A DNA stretch of 64,000 nt from Schizochytrium sp. TIO01 (taxonomy: Eukaryota > Protista > Bigyra: Labyrinthulomycetes): assembly GCA_004764695.1 (NCBI GenBank), contig SMSO01000004.1:62001-126000 (forward strand). Direction: 5' to 3'. A program made the position numbers and the translations under genes. Under the pieces are notes generated by a model, which saw only the letters and a program-made list of their open reading frames with translations, made no database searches and was not told the origin of the DNA. Positions within the stretch are counted from its first letter, which is position 1. Each line of letters starts with the position of its first letter. Shown one piece after another: positions 36,201 through 48,706 of the stretch.

Positions 36201-39200
36201 GATGCACGCACCCATCGGCCTGCACGGGGAGGGAGTGAGTGAGTGAGTGGGCTGTCGCGAAGAGGAAGAGCAGCAGCCACGGGACTCGCTTCTGAAAACC
36301 AGGAGCTCGAGGGCGAATTTCTAAATCAATGAACCGATGAACCTACGAGAATAGATGAATCGATGAATGCGCGGGAGAGCTATTGTCAATAGTTTGCAGG
36401 TTGGCCAATTCCCTCCATCGCCTCGTACGCCTCGCAGTGCCGTCACGAGCTCGAGACCCCTCTTCTCGCCTGGACATATTCCACGTGCGTCGCGGCGCTC
36501 GAACCAGCTGATCGATCTAGGAAGACAGCAGACTCCCAGTCCTGGCGATGTGCAAGGCCACGCGAAGGTTCTCCTCGCGTGCGTGCGTGCGTGCGTGCTC
36601 AGGAAAGCAACCGAAGCCGCTCTCATTCGGATTTGTCAAATGATCGATCGATTCTTTGTCGGTTTCCTTCGAGGTGTTTTTGAATTACTGGGTCATTCAT
36701 TCATTGCTTCGTTCCTTCGTTCCTTCGTACGCAGTCTCGGCAGACAGAGCTCCGACGATAAATTTATTTCTGGCTGTCCGTCTTTCGCTCGCTGTCGCCT
36801 TCTTTGGGCTCGAACCTCGCGACTCACAGGTTCTCCAGAAACCCGTTGAACTCCATTGAGCTAGCTAGCTAGCTGCAAACAGTTTGCATGTCAAATTCCG
36901 CCTCTGCGCACAGATTTCGAGCCCAATTTGAACTCGAAGATCGACCTCTGCTCGAGAGCGTAAGCTTCCAAGGCAGGAAGGCTTCCACGTAAAGGAGATC
37001 AGAACACCACTTGAACTGAGTGCAAAGAAAAAGCGGCCACGGAGAAGAAGATGAAGAAGAAGAAGAAGAGGTTTAGTTTGGCAATTCATTCTGCACCATT
37101 CCAATCTTTCAAAAAGAGAGCAATGGTTTTAATCTTAAAAGAGTCACAAAATCATGAAATGGGGTGATAAATTAGTAAATGAATTAATAAAGCGCTCAAA
37201 TGCCATCATCGACTCCTTTATTTAAAAAAAAAAGGTAAAGAAGAAGAAGAAGACTCGAAGCCGAGCAGAGAAGACGAAGAAGAAGACGTCGAAACCACGT
37301 GTAAAAAGCAGAAGCAGACAATCAATCGCCTCTCGCGTCTCCCGCTCCATCCATCCGAGTTTTCTCCCTCTCTTTCCCTGGGCGTCGACGGAGCGAGAGG
37401 AGCCGCGTATTGCATCGCCGAACAACACCTCCAAAGCTGCGTAAGAAGCTGCAGCTTCGGCTACTTCCTCTCTCCTGCGCGCCACCCGCCTCCCCACTGG
37501 CACTACAGAGACACTTTGCCACAGGCGGGTGCTCATTCAGCGCTCTTTTGACGGCCTGGTGCGCTGAACTGTTGACCGCTTTTTCGGCCTCTGTTCCTGC
37601 CGCCTCGTACGTATCTTCTCTATGGCCCGTTCTTTCTGGCGGTGCCACGCAGCCCGGTATCACGCACACAACACGCCGGGCCTTCTGAGACAGGGTATGG
37701 CCTATACGTCTTCGCAGCAGACCGCGGGTATGTAACGGAGACAGCGCTCGCGAGTCCACTTGTGCATACATAGGTTTCGTATGATATGTTTAGCTAGACG
37801 GCAGTAGGCATGTGTTACCAAAGCCGGCAGGGATTTGAATTCTCGATTTTATATCCCATATTTTCAATTATTATTAGTAGTATTGTTTAATTTGTAAAGA
37901 CAAACTCGAAAAAGCCTTTTCCGCTGCTTCATCTCTGCTGCGAAACTTTGAGGGCCCGCGCAGGAAGCCTCGAGACAGGCACGGGCCACGGGGTTGTTCT
38001 GTTCTATCTGCCTGTCTGCCTATCTTCCTCGAGGGCGGATGCTCGAACAATTCGTTTGCAAACTGGCCTGCTACTTTTGAAACGAGATACTTAAGCAGCC
38101 AATCAACTGCCTTCAAAATCGAGTACCTGAAGTTTAAGACTTTACTTTTAGCAGTCCACTGCAATCGATTTCTACGGCTGGAAGGAAGGGACATCTTTCC
38201 TGCTTCCCTCTGACTCCCGCTGTTCGCTTTTGCTTGATGGTTCGTTTTTAGACGTTGTTCCAAACTAAAATGTTCAATATCCCCCCCCTTCCCGTTATTA
38301 TTAATATTATTTACTATGATCTCTTGTTATTTTATTTTAAAAAAAAAAAAAAGTAAAAAAAATGATCAAGTAATTAAGGAGGAGGAGGAGGAGGAGGAGA
38401 AAAACGTTTGTTGTGCTCATCTCTTTGAGCAGCGAGACTCAACGAAAGCGCAGAAAGCGCATCTTTGAGCGGCCTCCTCGTCATTCATTTTAGTTTCTCT
38501 CTGTGAAAGTCACGCTCGCAAAGAGATCCACCCCAATGGCTTAAGGGGTGAAAGCCGCAACCTCGTTAAACTACCACAGTGCCCATCCCATCTGTGTTCT
38601 TCCTCAATTACAAAAGTAAATGTTTGTTGTATCTCAGCCCTCTTTTTCATTGAACGCCACTATGAATAAAGATATTGTCGCCTTTTTTGTTTGTTTTTAT
38701 CTCTAAAGGTAGAAATCTATTTATTTATTTATCTCAAATAAAACATCATGCTTAAGGGAAAAAAAAATCTACCAAAATGTAAAACTTGAAATGCAGAATT
38801 CCAAGTGGTTCGGGTTTACCAGAAAGGCGGAGAACAATGTCCGTTAATGGCGAAAGGACGCTGAGTGATAGTCCAACATATTCACTGTTTGCTTCTCTGA
38901 GCGGCTGTTTTCGGCTCCTATGAAACGCCCTGCGCCGCTCCCGCTTGGATCGAGCGTGACGTTCGAATTTTGTTTTCCGCGCAAGGACGACGAATTCTTA
39001 TCTTATCATTCCTTTTTAAAGCGGAGAGAGAGAGAATTTTACCCCTTTTTCCTCGTTCTCACCACTCGTTTATCTACAGTTGGCAGGGTGGGCAAAAAAG
39101 AACAAAAAACCTTATCTTGGAGGCGCCTTCTGTTTAGTTTCTTCGCTGTTTCTTTAGCGTATTTAGCGCCTCACAGCGAGGGCACTCCTCTTAACGCCAC

Positions 39201-39570
39201 TGCGAGTGAAGGCATCCAGTGGAGGACGGTCTGTGGGTCATGGAAACTCCTTGCAGGGAAGGGCCACGCTCGTGAGTGAGGGGCCCAAATGCAACTTCTT
39301 CGATTTTGAAAATTTCTACTTTGAGTTTTTTTTTTTTTTTTTTCCTCTAAGATTAAAAAGTAATTTGAAAAAGGAGATCGAAGAGAAATAGAATCTTTCA
39401 CTCGTTCAATCGGTCTGTTCTGTTCTCCCTCGTTTTTCCGACATTTCGCTAGTTTTGAAATCTTGTCACAGGGAAAAAGGGGCGTCACGGCCAATCTGTG
39501 GCAGCGAGAGACTCAAGCGAGTTAGTTAGTATCGAAGTATAGGCTAACTTTTGCAAGAGTTAGTGGGGCA

Positions 39571-39609
39571 GTTGGTCAGTCAGTTAGTCAGTTAGTTAGT
39601 TAGTTAAGC

Positions 39610-39643
<34 letters not shown>

Positions 39644-39645
39644 CA
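39571..39645. repeat. Compound microsatellite (GTCA/GTTA)n then (GCAA)n
   Basis: Read directly from the sequence. Confidence 0.85.
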
Positions 39646-40280
39646 AGTAAGGAAGAAATAAAGAGAGAAATAAAGCTGGAAATGAAGCGGGAAATAAAGC
39701 GGGAAACGAAAAAACAACGAAAAAAAGAAACAAAGACAGAAAGAAGAAGCCTATCTCGACGGCTCCTCCTACACTCGCCGCATAAAGTCCTTAGCGAGCG
39801 TGGAGAAGCTGAGGCAGAGATTGTCAAAGCATCAGAGGTTTCTATTGGGTGCACCATTAAGTAAGAGGACTCTTTCGTTCCTTTAACTGGCCATCGTTAA
39901 ACCTTAGAATGCTTCAAAAGCTTCTATACATTTTATGCCTTTCTTAAAATAATAGTAAAAAGCTTTGCTTTTTTTTAAATATTAAAAAAAAAATGTTTCC
40001 TTTCCAGTTGTTATCTTTTCTCTGTTGAAAACAAAATATTTATTATAAATGTGCTTGTAAAGTGGTAGCATTTTAAAAGTATACTTATTTTGTCTCGAAC
40101 AAAGGTGACCTACCTTTCGCAAGAAAACAGCGCAGATAAAAGAATCAGTTGTCACTGAAAAGGGAGACAGGAAGAAAGCGAAGAAAGCGAACCATTCGCA
40201 ATTGACGATCGGCCGCTCCGCTGTTCGGGCCTCTCCGCGCGAGGCGCCATATTCTGCGCGCTCACCGATCAACCACGCCA

Positions 40281-40422
40281 TCAGTCAGACAGTCAGACAG
40301 TCAGTCAGTCAATCAGTCAATCAGTCAGCCAGTCAGCCAGTCAGCCAGTCAGCCAGTTATTCAGGCAGTTAGTTATTCAGGCAGTCGGTAAGTCAGTAGT
40401 CAGACAGTCAGACAGTCAGTCA
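40281..40422. repeat. Degenerate (CAGT/CAGA/CAGC)n microsatellite
   Basis: Read directly from the sequence. Confidence 0.85.
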
Positions 40423-42037
40423 AACAAAGATAACGCTGGTGTCCACTTAAGCCTCCGATCGCTCCGCTGACCTCGGCCTCTAAATTTGATGCTTGATTTG
40501 CTTGTTTTCGATCCTTTTCTTGATTTGATTTCCTTTCCTTTGCTTTGCTCTATTCTCCGGCGCGAAGAAGGGAGAAGTCAAGATTGAATTTTTGAGTTTT
40601 AGTGTATCGAGCAAATGATTCGTTCTCTATTTCTTTCGTTCTTTGCGTTTGTTTTCTTTTAGAAGAAGAAGAAGAAGAAGAAGGCATTTTCAAGGGTAAT
40701 CAACGGCGAGCTTTCGAGCCACGCCATGAACGAAATTCGCGCGGAAGCAGGACTCTTCTCTCCCTCATACTCCGCTTCGTCCCACCAGCCCAGCCAGTCA
40801 GGTTTGCGAAACGGATCGAGACCTTGGAAGGCTTGATAGCGCTTGCTGGCGAGGAGCTCGAAAACACAGGCTATTTTTGGCTAGCCACGCTCCCTGACCC
40901 TGTGTCGCTTTGCGTATTATGCAAATTCGCACACACACATAATTAATACACGTCTATTCTGTGGACGGACACACGCCCTTCGCTTGAATCCCGGGCTGCC
41001 TCGCGCTGCGCTGCTCCCGATCGTTTTCTCGCATCCGAGTATCTCTCGCCGCGCGACGACTCCGTGCTCAGGAGTTGGCTGGACGTGCCCAGACTCAACG
41101 GCCAGCTCCAGCAGCTCGTGCAAGCTGCCTTACTCGACAACAATGGCACCAGCCAGGCTCCCAAGAACGAGGTCAGTAACTGACTCCCAAGAAGCACGTC
41201 AATACCTTGGACCTGGACCAAATATGTTTGAGCGTGAGCGTGAGCGTGAGCGTGGGCTTGCTGGCTTACTGGCTTGCTTGCTTGCTTGCTCGATGGTCTC
41301 AAGAGTGAAGAGATTCCGAACAAAAGGCAGCATTTCGAGGACATTTGCGCTCAGATCGATTCCGTGGCGCTGGCACGCGTGTACCCACCCACGACTCTTC
41401 CCTCCCAAGAGCTAGTTAGCTGCAGTGCAGTGCAGCGCAGTAGTGCAGTGCAGCTTTCTCCAACTCCAAATTGCGATCAGGCGTGAGATTCAACCTCAGA
41501 TCCTCAGCCCGTCTCCGCCCGCAAGCAAGCAATGCACATATGCCTCAGTCGGTCCTCCAGCTAGGCTGGCCTTCTCCGCGGCCTCGACGCCCTCGGGGTC
41601 GCCGCTCTTGCACGCCGTAAGGACCGCACAGCGAGAGCGAGCTGGTTGGCCAGCCAGAGTGGTGGTCCCAGCCTGCTGCTGCTGCTGCTGCTGCTGCTGG
41701 CTGGCGGCAGCGGCGCGAGGCGACCGCGCTTTGGAAGCTGGCTGGCGGCTGAGACCGGCAGAAGCGGAGCGGCGGCCAGGCAGGCAGCCAGCGGCAGAGA
41801 TCGCTCTGCGGTGTGCTCGCAGGTAGGTCCTTCCTTCGCGATCCATCTCGCCTGCCTCGGCTGGTTCCTCCTCGCCATCGCGCTTCGTTCCCTTCTGCCT
41901 CATGACATGATGATGATTCAGGTATGTATGCATGTGCCTTCGAAGAGAGAGTGCATTGTCTGTGCTTGGTTCTCCTTCGCCTTGTTTTCTTTCCCCTGTT
42001 TTGGTAGCAAGGCGCCTAATAGGTAGGTATCTCGTCA

Positions 42038-42180
42038 TTTCAAACTCAAACTGGAATTCAAATTCGAACTCAAATTTGAATTCAAATTCAAACTCAAATC
42101 CGAATTCAAATTCAAACTCAAATCCGAATTTGAAATTCAAATCCAAATTTGAAATTCAAATTCGAATTTGAATTTCAAAC
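42038..42180. repeat. Degenerate hexamer repeat (TTCAAA/CTCAAA/TTTGAA/TCCGAA)
   Basis: About 23 six-base units. This repeat produces the spurious FEFEFEF/SNSNSN ORFs. Confidence 0.9.
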
Positions 42181-45100
42181 TAGAGCGAATTGAGTGACTT
42201 AGAATTGGAGTTGGACCTGGAATTTGAAAGTCGGGATGAACACAGCTTTGCAGTGCAGTTCCCTAATACCCTATATATTTCTCTTCTCTTCTCTTCGGGA
42301 TGGGCGTTGATTTTGGCTGCATTTGGTTTGGTTTGGTTTGGTTTGAGTGACTCAGCAGACTTGATTTGTTCCAAGTACGGGGAGGATGAAGTGTAGGCTG
42401 TTCGTGCTTACGGCTGCTGCTTTTGGTGGCAGTAGGCGAACCGAGTGCTGTTTCGGTGTTGGAGCGCGAGGGTTGGTCTGTTCGATTGTTTGAGTGGTTC
42501 GTGATTTTCCCTTGCCGGGTCTTATGAGGCTTGTCTGTCTCTCTTTACTTTTTACTTTTTTCTTTCGTCTGCCGAGATTACAAAAGTTTGATCAGAAGAA
42601 TAAGGACTTTAAGTTCAAAAGTTTTAGTGTTTGTACTTCTTTTATTTACTTTTACTTTTTTACTTATTTAAATGAAACATTTCAATTTAATATTTTAATC
42701 ATAAAACCATGTTCTTCTCGTGATCAGAAGAATGTGAAAAAGAAAACTTATGAGAACGTGTCATTATTCACTTTAAAAACCCATCTTTCAATACAAATAA
42801 ACAGATGTAATTTCCCCTCAAAATAGTGGCTCGAGATAGACAAAGCCAATACCTGCGCAAATAAATAAATATCTGGGCCCAATAAGGGCGAAAAGGCCGG
42901 GAAACAAAATTGCATGTCACCCATCCGTAGCGTATCGAAATAGGACAAAACGCCATGGCAGTCTTGAGTTTTTCTCTCCTCTTTTTACTTACTGCGAATA
43001 CTTTTTATGTAAAATGTCAACGAAGAGGAAATGTAAACCATTCCTTTATTTAGAAAACGTTGCTAAACTATAAAGGGCATTTTTACGTTTGGTCACTGCT
43101 TCTGTTGGAAACGTAAACACAGACCAAAAGAACAGACGTTCGAATGGCACATTTCATTTACACAATCTGCTCCGCATCGCTCGCTTCTCTCCTTTCTGGG
43201 CGGCGCTTTGGAGAAAGGCGACCTTTTCCTTCGCTTTCATCCTCAGCTTTTGCTCGTTTGCTTTCCTGATTCAAAGCGAGACATCGCTCGCTCACTGACT
43301 GCCTGTGCCGCTGCAGTGGTCCTCCTCTTGAACCCTTAGTAGTAACGCCCTCTTGGATTGAATTGAATGAAACCCCTCCTCTCGAACACCATCGAAAGCG
43401 AGAGCTTTAGTGGCGAGAACAAAAGAACAACGCGCCCTTGATGCTCAAGCAGCAGCAGCAGCAGCAGGAAACAGGCGGCTGAAAGGGACGGCGGCGATTC
43501 CCATATCCAGGCAGAAAGTAAGCAAGCACTTGCGAATAAATTTGCAAGCAAAAGCGGCGTCGAGGGAAACCAAGGACATGAAAGAGCAGCGGCGATGCTC
43601 GTGCTAGCGAGTTAGTTGACTGTAGTAGCTAAAGAGCTACGGTGAGGAGCGCAGTCTCGCGTAATCTTGTTCTCTTCTGCGCTGTCCTTCCTCTTTCTGA
43701 CAGAAGTCCTCCACTTATCTATTTATTTGGTTTCCAATTTTAAAATTGAACAGGAGAAGAAGAAGAAGAAGAGACTCACAGAGAAAGAAAGAAAGAAAGA
43801 AAGGTTTTGATGTCGCAAAGGTTGATGAAAAACCAACCATTGAAGGATAATAGCAACCTGCTCGAAAGCATAGCGGTCATCCCTCCCGAGGCCACGTCTG
43901 CAGTAGAAACACAGAACTAAAGGGCAAAGCTCCGCTCTAAACACCTAGGTTGCCCTTGCTCAAATCATCAATCTAAAAATAAAACTAAATACTTAAAAAT
44001 AACAAAGCAATAAAATAAGCTCTTTTGGTTAACAACAACCAAAAAAAAGAAAAGAAAAGAAAAAAAAGAGGCACCGACCAGTAAATAAACAAGAGTTTTT
44101 TTTATCCTCCTCTTGTTTATCCAGGTAGGTTTTGAATTAAAAAAACAAAATCACGATTTTGATAAAATTGAAATAACATTCAAATTTTGAAAGAAGTAGC
44201 CGACAGCTAGAGGAAACTGTACCATGCGCCTAAGCCCTTTCAGTCGATGGTCGATTCAAATTACATAGGCTCAAAGAGAGAAAGGCTTTTGGCGTCCATC
44301 TGCGCCGCAGAGGGCGCCAGCAGAACTGGAGCTAGCTCGCGCAGCTCTGCCGGCGAGCGTGCGACACCTGCCTGAGCTGCGAGCGAGCGACGCCGCAGCC
44401 GGCTGAGGAGCGCAGGCCGCGGAGACAGCCGCAACCGGCGAGGTCCCGGCGCGGGGCCGAGGCACGGCAACCTTCGTCGACGTCTCGACTTGACTCGACT
44501 CGTGTCAACTAGATCCGTACATCCATCCATCCATCCATCCATCCAGTGCTCAACCCGGACCACCAGAACAGCACGGGGCACGACACCGCGAGCCGTAGGA
44601 GACGTGCACGAGAGGGCTCAGGAGGATCGCGGACGGCTGCGAGCGAAGAAGCTAGCAACGCACAAGGCGGCCGCCCAGAGGATCGCGGGTCGAGCAACGC
44701 TGCTCAGGCGTGGTTCGCAATTCAAAACAACTCGTGGGCGACGAGATTTTAAAAAAGCAACGCAAAGAAAAAACTTTTTGGTCAATTTAGAGAAAAGGAG
44801 AAAAGCTCTTTTTTCCTCTTCTTTTCATTCATTATCTTTTTTGTTTTGTTGTTTGTGTTGAAGAAGGCACTAAGTTTTCCCCTTTCTTTCGTGTCTTTTT
44901 GGAGTCGCGAGCCCTCTCCATTTCCTATTTCCTCGTTGGCTTCTTCTGCCCGAGGCAAGAAAGACTCTGCCTCTGCGCGCGGTGACAAGCAAGGCGCGGC
45001 CGCCCTTTGATTCTTCTACAAGACCGTCGCAGAAGGAGGGCGAAAGGAGATTTTGACCTCCCGGTGGCCTGGTCTGGCTGGATTTGACTGTTTGGGTGAT

Positions 45101-48100
45101 TGATTCATCAATTTGATTTAGGTCGATCTGCAACCAGCATCTGGAGCAGATTCGCGACAAAAGCGGCAACTACGAGCGTGTGCTCAGACCTCAGACGCAG
45201 TCTAATAAGATTAATTACAAGAATCTACGAGGCGAGCGAGTGGGCGAGCGAGTGAGCGAACAGGCGTGCGTCCGCACATTAACTAGATTGGTCGGTGTTC
45301 CTGCGAGGATACCATCTAGCAATTAAGCTTCTTCTGCGAAGCGCCTCTACTCCTTTTTTGTTTTTGTCTCCTGCACGACGCTTGGATAAAAGCCAAAGGA
45401 CATCAAGGTGCCATTTCGCAGCGGCGGCAGCAGCAATAACAACGACTCGTTCCTCACCTCAACTCGCAAGGAATCGCGGGGTTGGCAAATCGATCAACCA
45501 GTGAAACTTACTTTGTCGGTTGGTCTGAGTGGCCAATCACTGTAAATCCTGGTCTACGTCGTCACGTTTCCTCATCTCCTACCTCCCGTACTCATTCCCT
45601 TCGATCTTCCGCTACGCCACACGACCAATCGATCAGGATCCGTGGCAAGTTCGCTCACTCGCTCGCCGTCAACGAAAACGAAGCAAAAAGTTCCACTCAC
45701 ACGCGCAAGGCCGTTCCATCTTCTGTGTGGGCAAATTTCTGTGTGGGTGTGCGTGCGCACGAGAAACGAAGTAGGAAAAGGAAGTGGAACACGAACATTC
45801 GCGCGGCACCCCGGCCATAAACGAATTCGCGTTTGCTGATTTTCAAGGTCGCGGTTGTTACTATCTGTGGATTCTGGTCTGATCGCGAGAAAACAACTCG
45901 CTTACTTGCTCTCTTTCTGCACACGTCTCGCCTGCCCTGCTTGCTCGCTTGTTTGCTTGAGCCGCACTGCTTGTTTCTTCCTCTGATCATCATCATCGCC
46001 ATTACTACTTGCTGGCCTAGCTTTGTTGCCTCAATCCCGACTCGCTGAGTCCTGATCCGTCACATTCGCTCGCACACTCTCTTTTCTTGCGCCGCGGTTG
46101 ATCAATCGAGTTCCTTATTGTCTCGTCTCATTCACTCAAGAGGGCGCGTCTTAGTCCCAAGTTTGTGCACCTTGGTGGTCGTGCGCTACCCTGGCGAAAT
46201 ATTAAGGTGCGCACCGGCACGAAGGCTCCCCTCCCCGGAAACACACTCCAGTAGTGGAGCCAAAAGTAGTCTCTGCCTTGTGCAAGCACAAGCTTTGATC
46301 AGCTTTCGGTGTCCTCAACCATCGAAAGATTTGGTCTGGCGGGGTGAGTCAGTGTCTGCGAGCAAAGAACTTGGTTGCTTGCTGCTTGTTTGTCCGAGCT
46401 TGTCTCGCAGCCGAGGAGTTTTGCTTTTAACCTCTTCTTGTTGCAGTAGCGCACGCCTCGAAAACGGTGTCAAACGAGCGAGGGAGAGCCAAGCGTGCGT
46501 GCGCCCATCCTCGTCTCGTCTCATCTCATCTCATCGAAGTTGATACCGTGCATTGCAAACTATTCATCTGTTGCTCCAGCTGACCTGAGGTAAGATCGAT
46601 CATCTTGCGCGAGCAAAGGTTCACCCAAACTAGCGCAGCGCACGCAGATCGCAAGTCAGAACAAGAAGCCAACACCAAAGACCAAATCTTTTGCTTCCAC
46701 TTGCTCACCTGAGAGAAGGAAGCACGAGACCAGAAAAAGAGCGTTCTCGCGCAAGGACTGCTCCAAGACAGCCAGCCGGATCTCGCTGTAGCACACGCAG
46801 GAAGACAGTCGGTCGCTCGGCCAGTCGATCGGTCGATTGCTAGCGAGTCAGCCGATTGCCGCCCCAAACGCAAGCGTGGTAGTTGTGCACTCTCGACGAC
46901 TGACCTGAGTTGAATTGAATTGCACAGCACCAGCACCAGCACCAGCAGCACATTTTGGGAAAGCGAGCTAGCTGTTCAGGTGAAGAACGCCGAACGGAGC
47001 GCACAAGTGAGTGAGCGAGTGAGTGAGTGGTAAGGGATTGGATTTCTGCGAGCGAGTCGCCATCTTGGTTTGTGCAATCATCGTTGGCTATTCTCAAGCT
47101 CAGAGACGCACCTATCCCGCTCGACCTTGTGGTCCTGATCGTCAGGGTGGTGTGCTCACTTGGTCGCTATTTTCCTGTGCTGTGCTCATACTTCTTCAAG
47201 CCAAAGAGACTGCGGACTGAGTGAGTGAGTACTGTAGGTGGCGAATTGTTGCACTCCAGCAACTGCTACTTGCACATCCATCTTCGTCGTACAAGGGATT
47301 GGGCGGAGGAGCGAGTGGGTGGCCACTGCTGCCTCTTTCATCCTCCTCATTCTTCAGGCAATCGGTCGCACAGAGGAAACCGAGCAGACCAAAGCAATAT
47401 CCATCATCAACAGAGGAGGGCAAAACAAGGCAAAGCAGGAGCCAACGAGAGAAAGAAGAGATATAAGGAAAGGAGGAAAGAAAAGAGAGCCAACTTACGA
47501 CTCTCTCTCTCTCTCTCTCTTTTTATTTCTTTTCTTTTCTTTTCTCTCTTTTGGTTTCCTTTTTTTCTACTTTCCTTTTTTCTCTTTTCTTTTAGTTCGC
47601 TTTTCTTTTAGTTCGCCTTTTTCACTTTAATTTTTCTTCTTTTAACAAAAAAGAAAGAAAGAAAAGAAAAAGAAAGAAACAAAGAATAAGTGAACCAAAA
47701 GAGAAAAGAACTAAAGTGGAGCGGAACATTGAGCGGAGTTAGTTACCCACCAACTCAAAGCCAAGCCAAGCCAAACAAACAGACAGACAAATAACAGAAC
47801 GTCAGGAAACACGTCTTTTTCCTGTGGTGCTCTCTTTCGCTGCTGCCTGCTGTTTTGTTTGGTGCTCTCTCAGTCTGATCTGCTGACTGGCCGCATCTCT
47901 TCTTCCTCCTCCAGTTTCGCATATCCTGTTCCTCCCTCCCCATCCGCAGTAAGTAAAAGTATCTGCGGCGGTCACGAGACAGACAGGTTTTTTCTTTTCT
48001 TTTCTTTTCCTTTTCTCCACCCTCCTCTTCTCCCTCTCTGTGTGTCTCTCTCTCTCTTCGGATTGACTCTTTTCTTTTAGTTCGCTCCGTTCTTCTTCAC

Positions 48101-48706
48101 CGGAGCAAGCAGGAAGAAGCAAAAAGCAAGCAAGCCAAAAGCAGCAGTCTGAAAGGGGTGGAGAATCCAAGTTCGCTCGCTTTCCATCTCCTGTGTTCCA
48201 AACCCCATTTTCTCCCCTGCGCCGTTGAAAGTTTCGTTTAGTTCGTTCTCCTTTTCCACTTTACCGTCGAAGGCGATCGAAGAGAGAGAAGAAAGGATCA
48301 TTTCAATCTCTTTCTTTTCTTTTCTTTTCTTTTCTTTGTTTTTTTTCTTTCTTTTTTTTTCTTTCTTTCTTAAAAGAACCTCCCTCCCTTTGAGAGAGAA
48401 CAGGAAGAAAGCAGAGAAACAGGGGATAGCGCGAGCCACAGCGAGTCAGCAAATCTCGCCAGCAAGAGACCGCCTCCACGAGGTCGCCGTTTCCCTAGCG
48501 AAGAAGAAGAGGCCTGCGTGCGTGCGTGCGTGTCTGCTGTAGCAAGCAGGCAGGCAGCAAGCAAGCAAGCAATCTTGCAAGCAAAAGGAGCTTCGAAGCA
48601 GCCGTGCCCCTTCCAGGCCACGTCCCTTAAGAGCGAAAGGAAGGCAGGCAGGCAGTCAGGCAAAGCTGAGGTTGTTGGTGTTCTTTTTTAATTTGCTATT
48701 TCTTTC

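Noticed and set aside
41496-42171. ORFs with FEFEFEF, SNSNSN, poly-Q or poly-C tracts
   Set aside because: They are translations of hexamer and CTG microsatellites.
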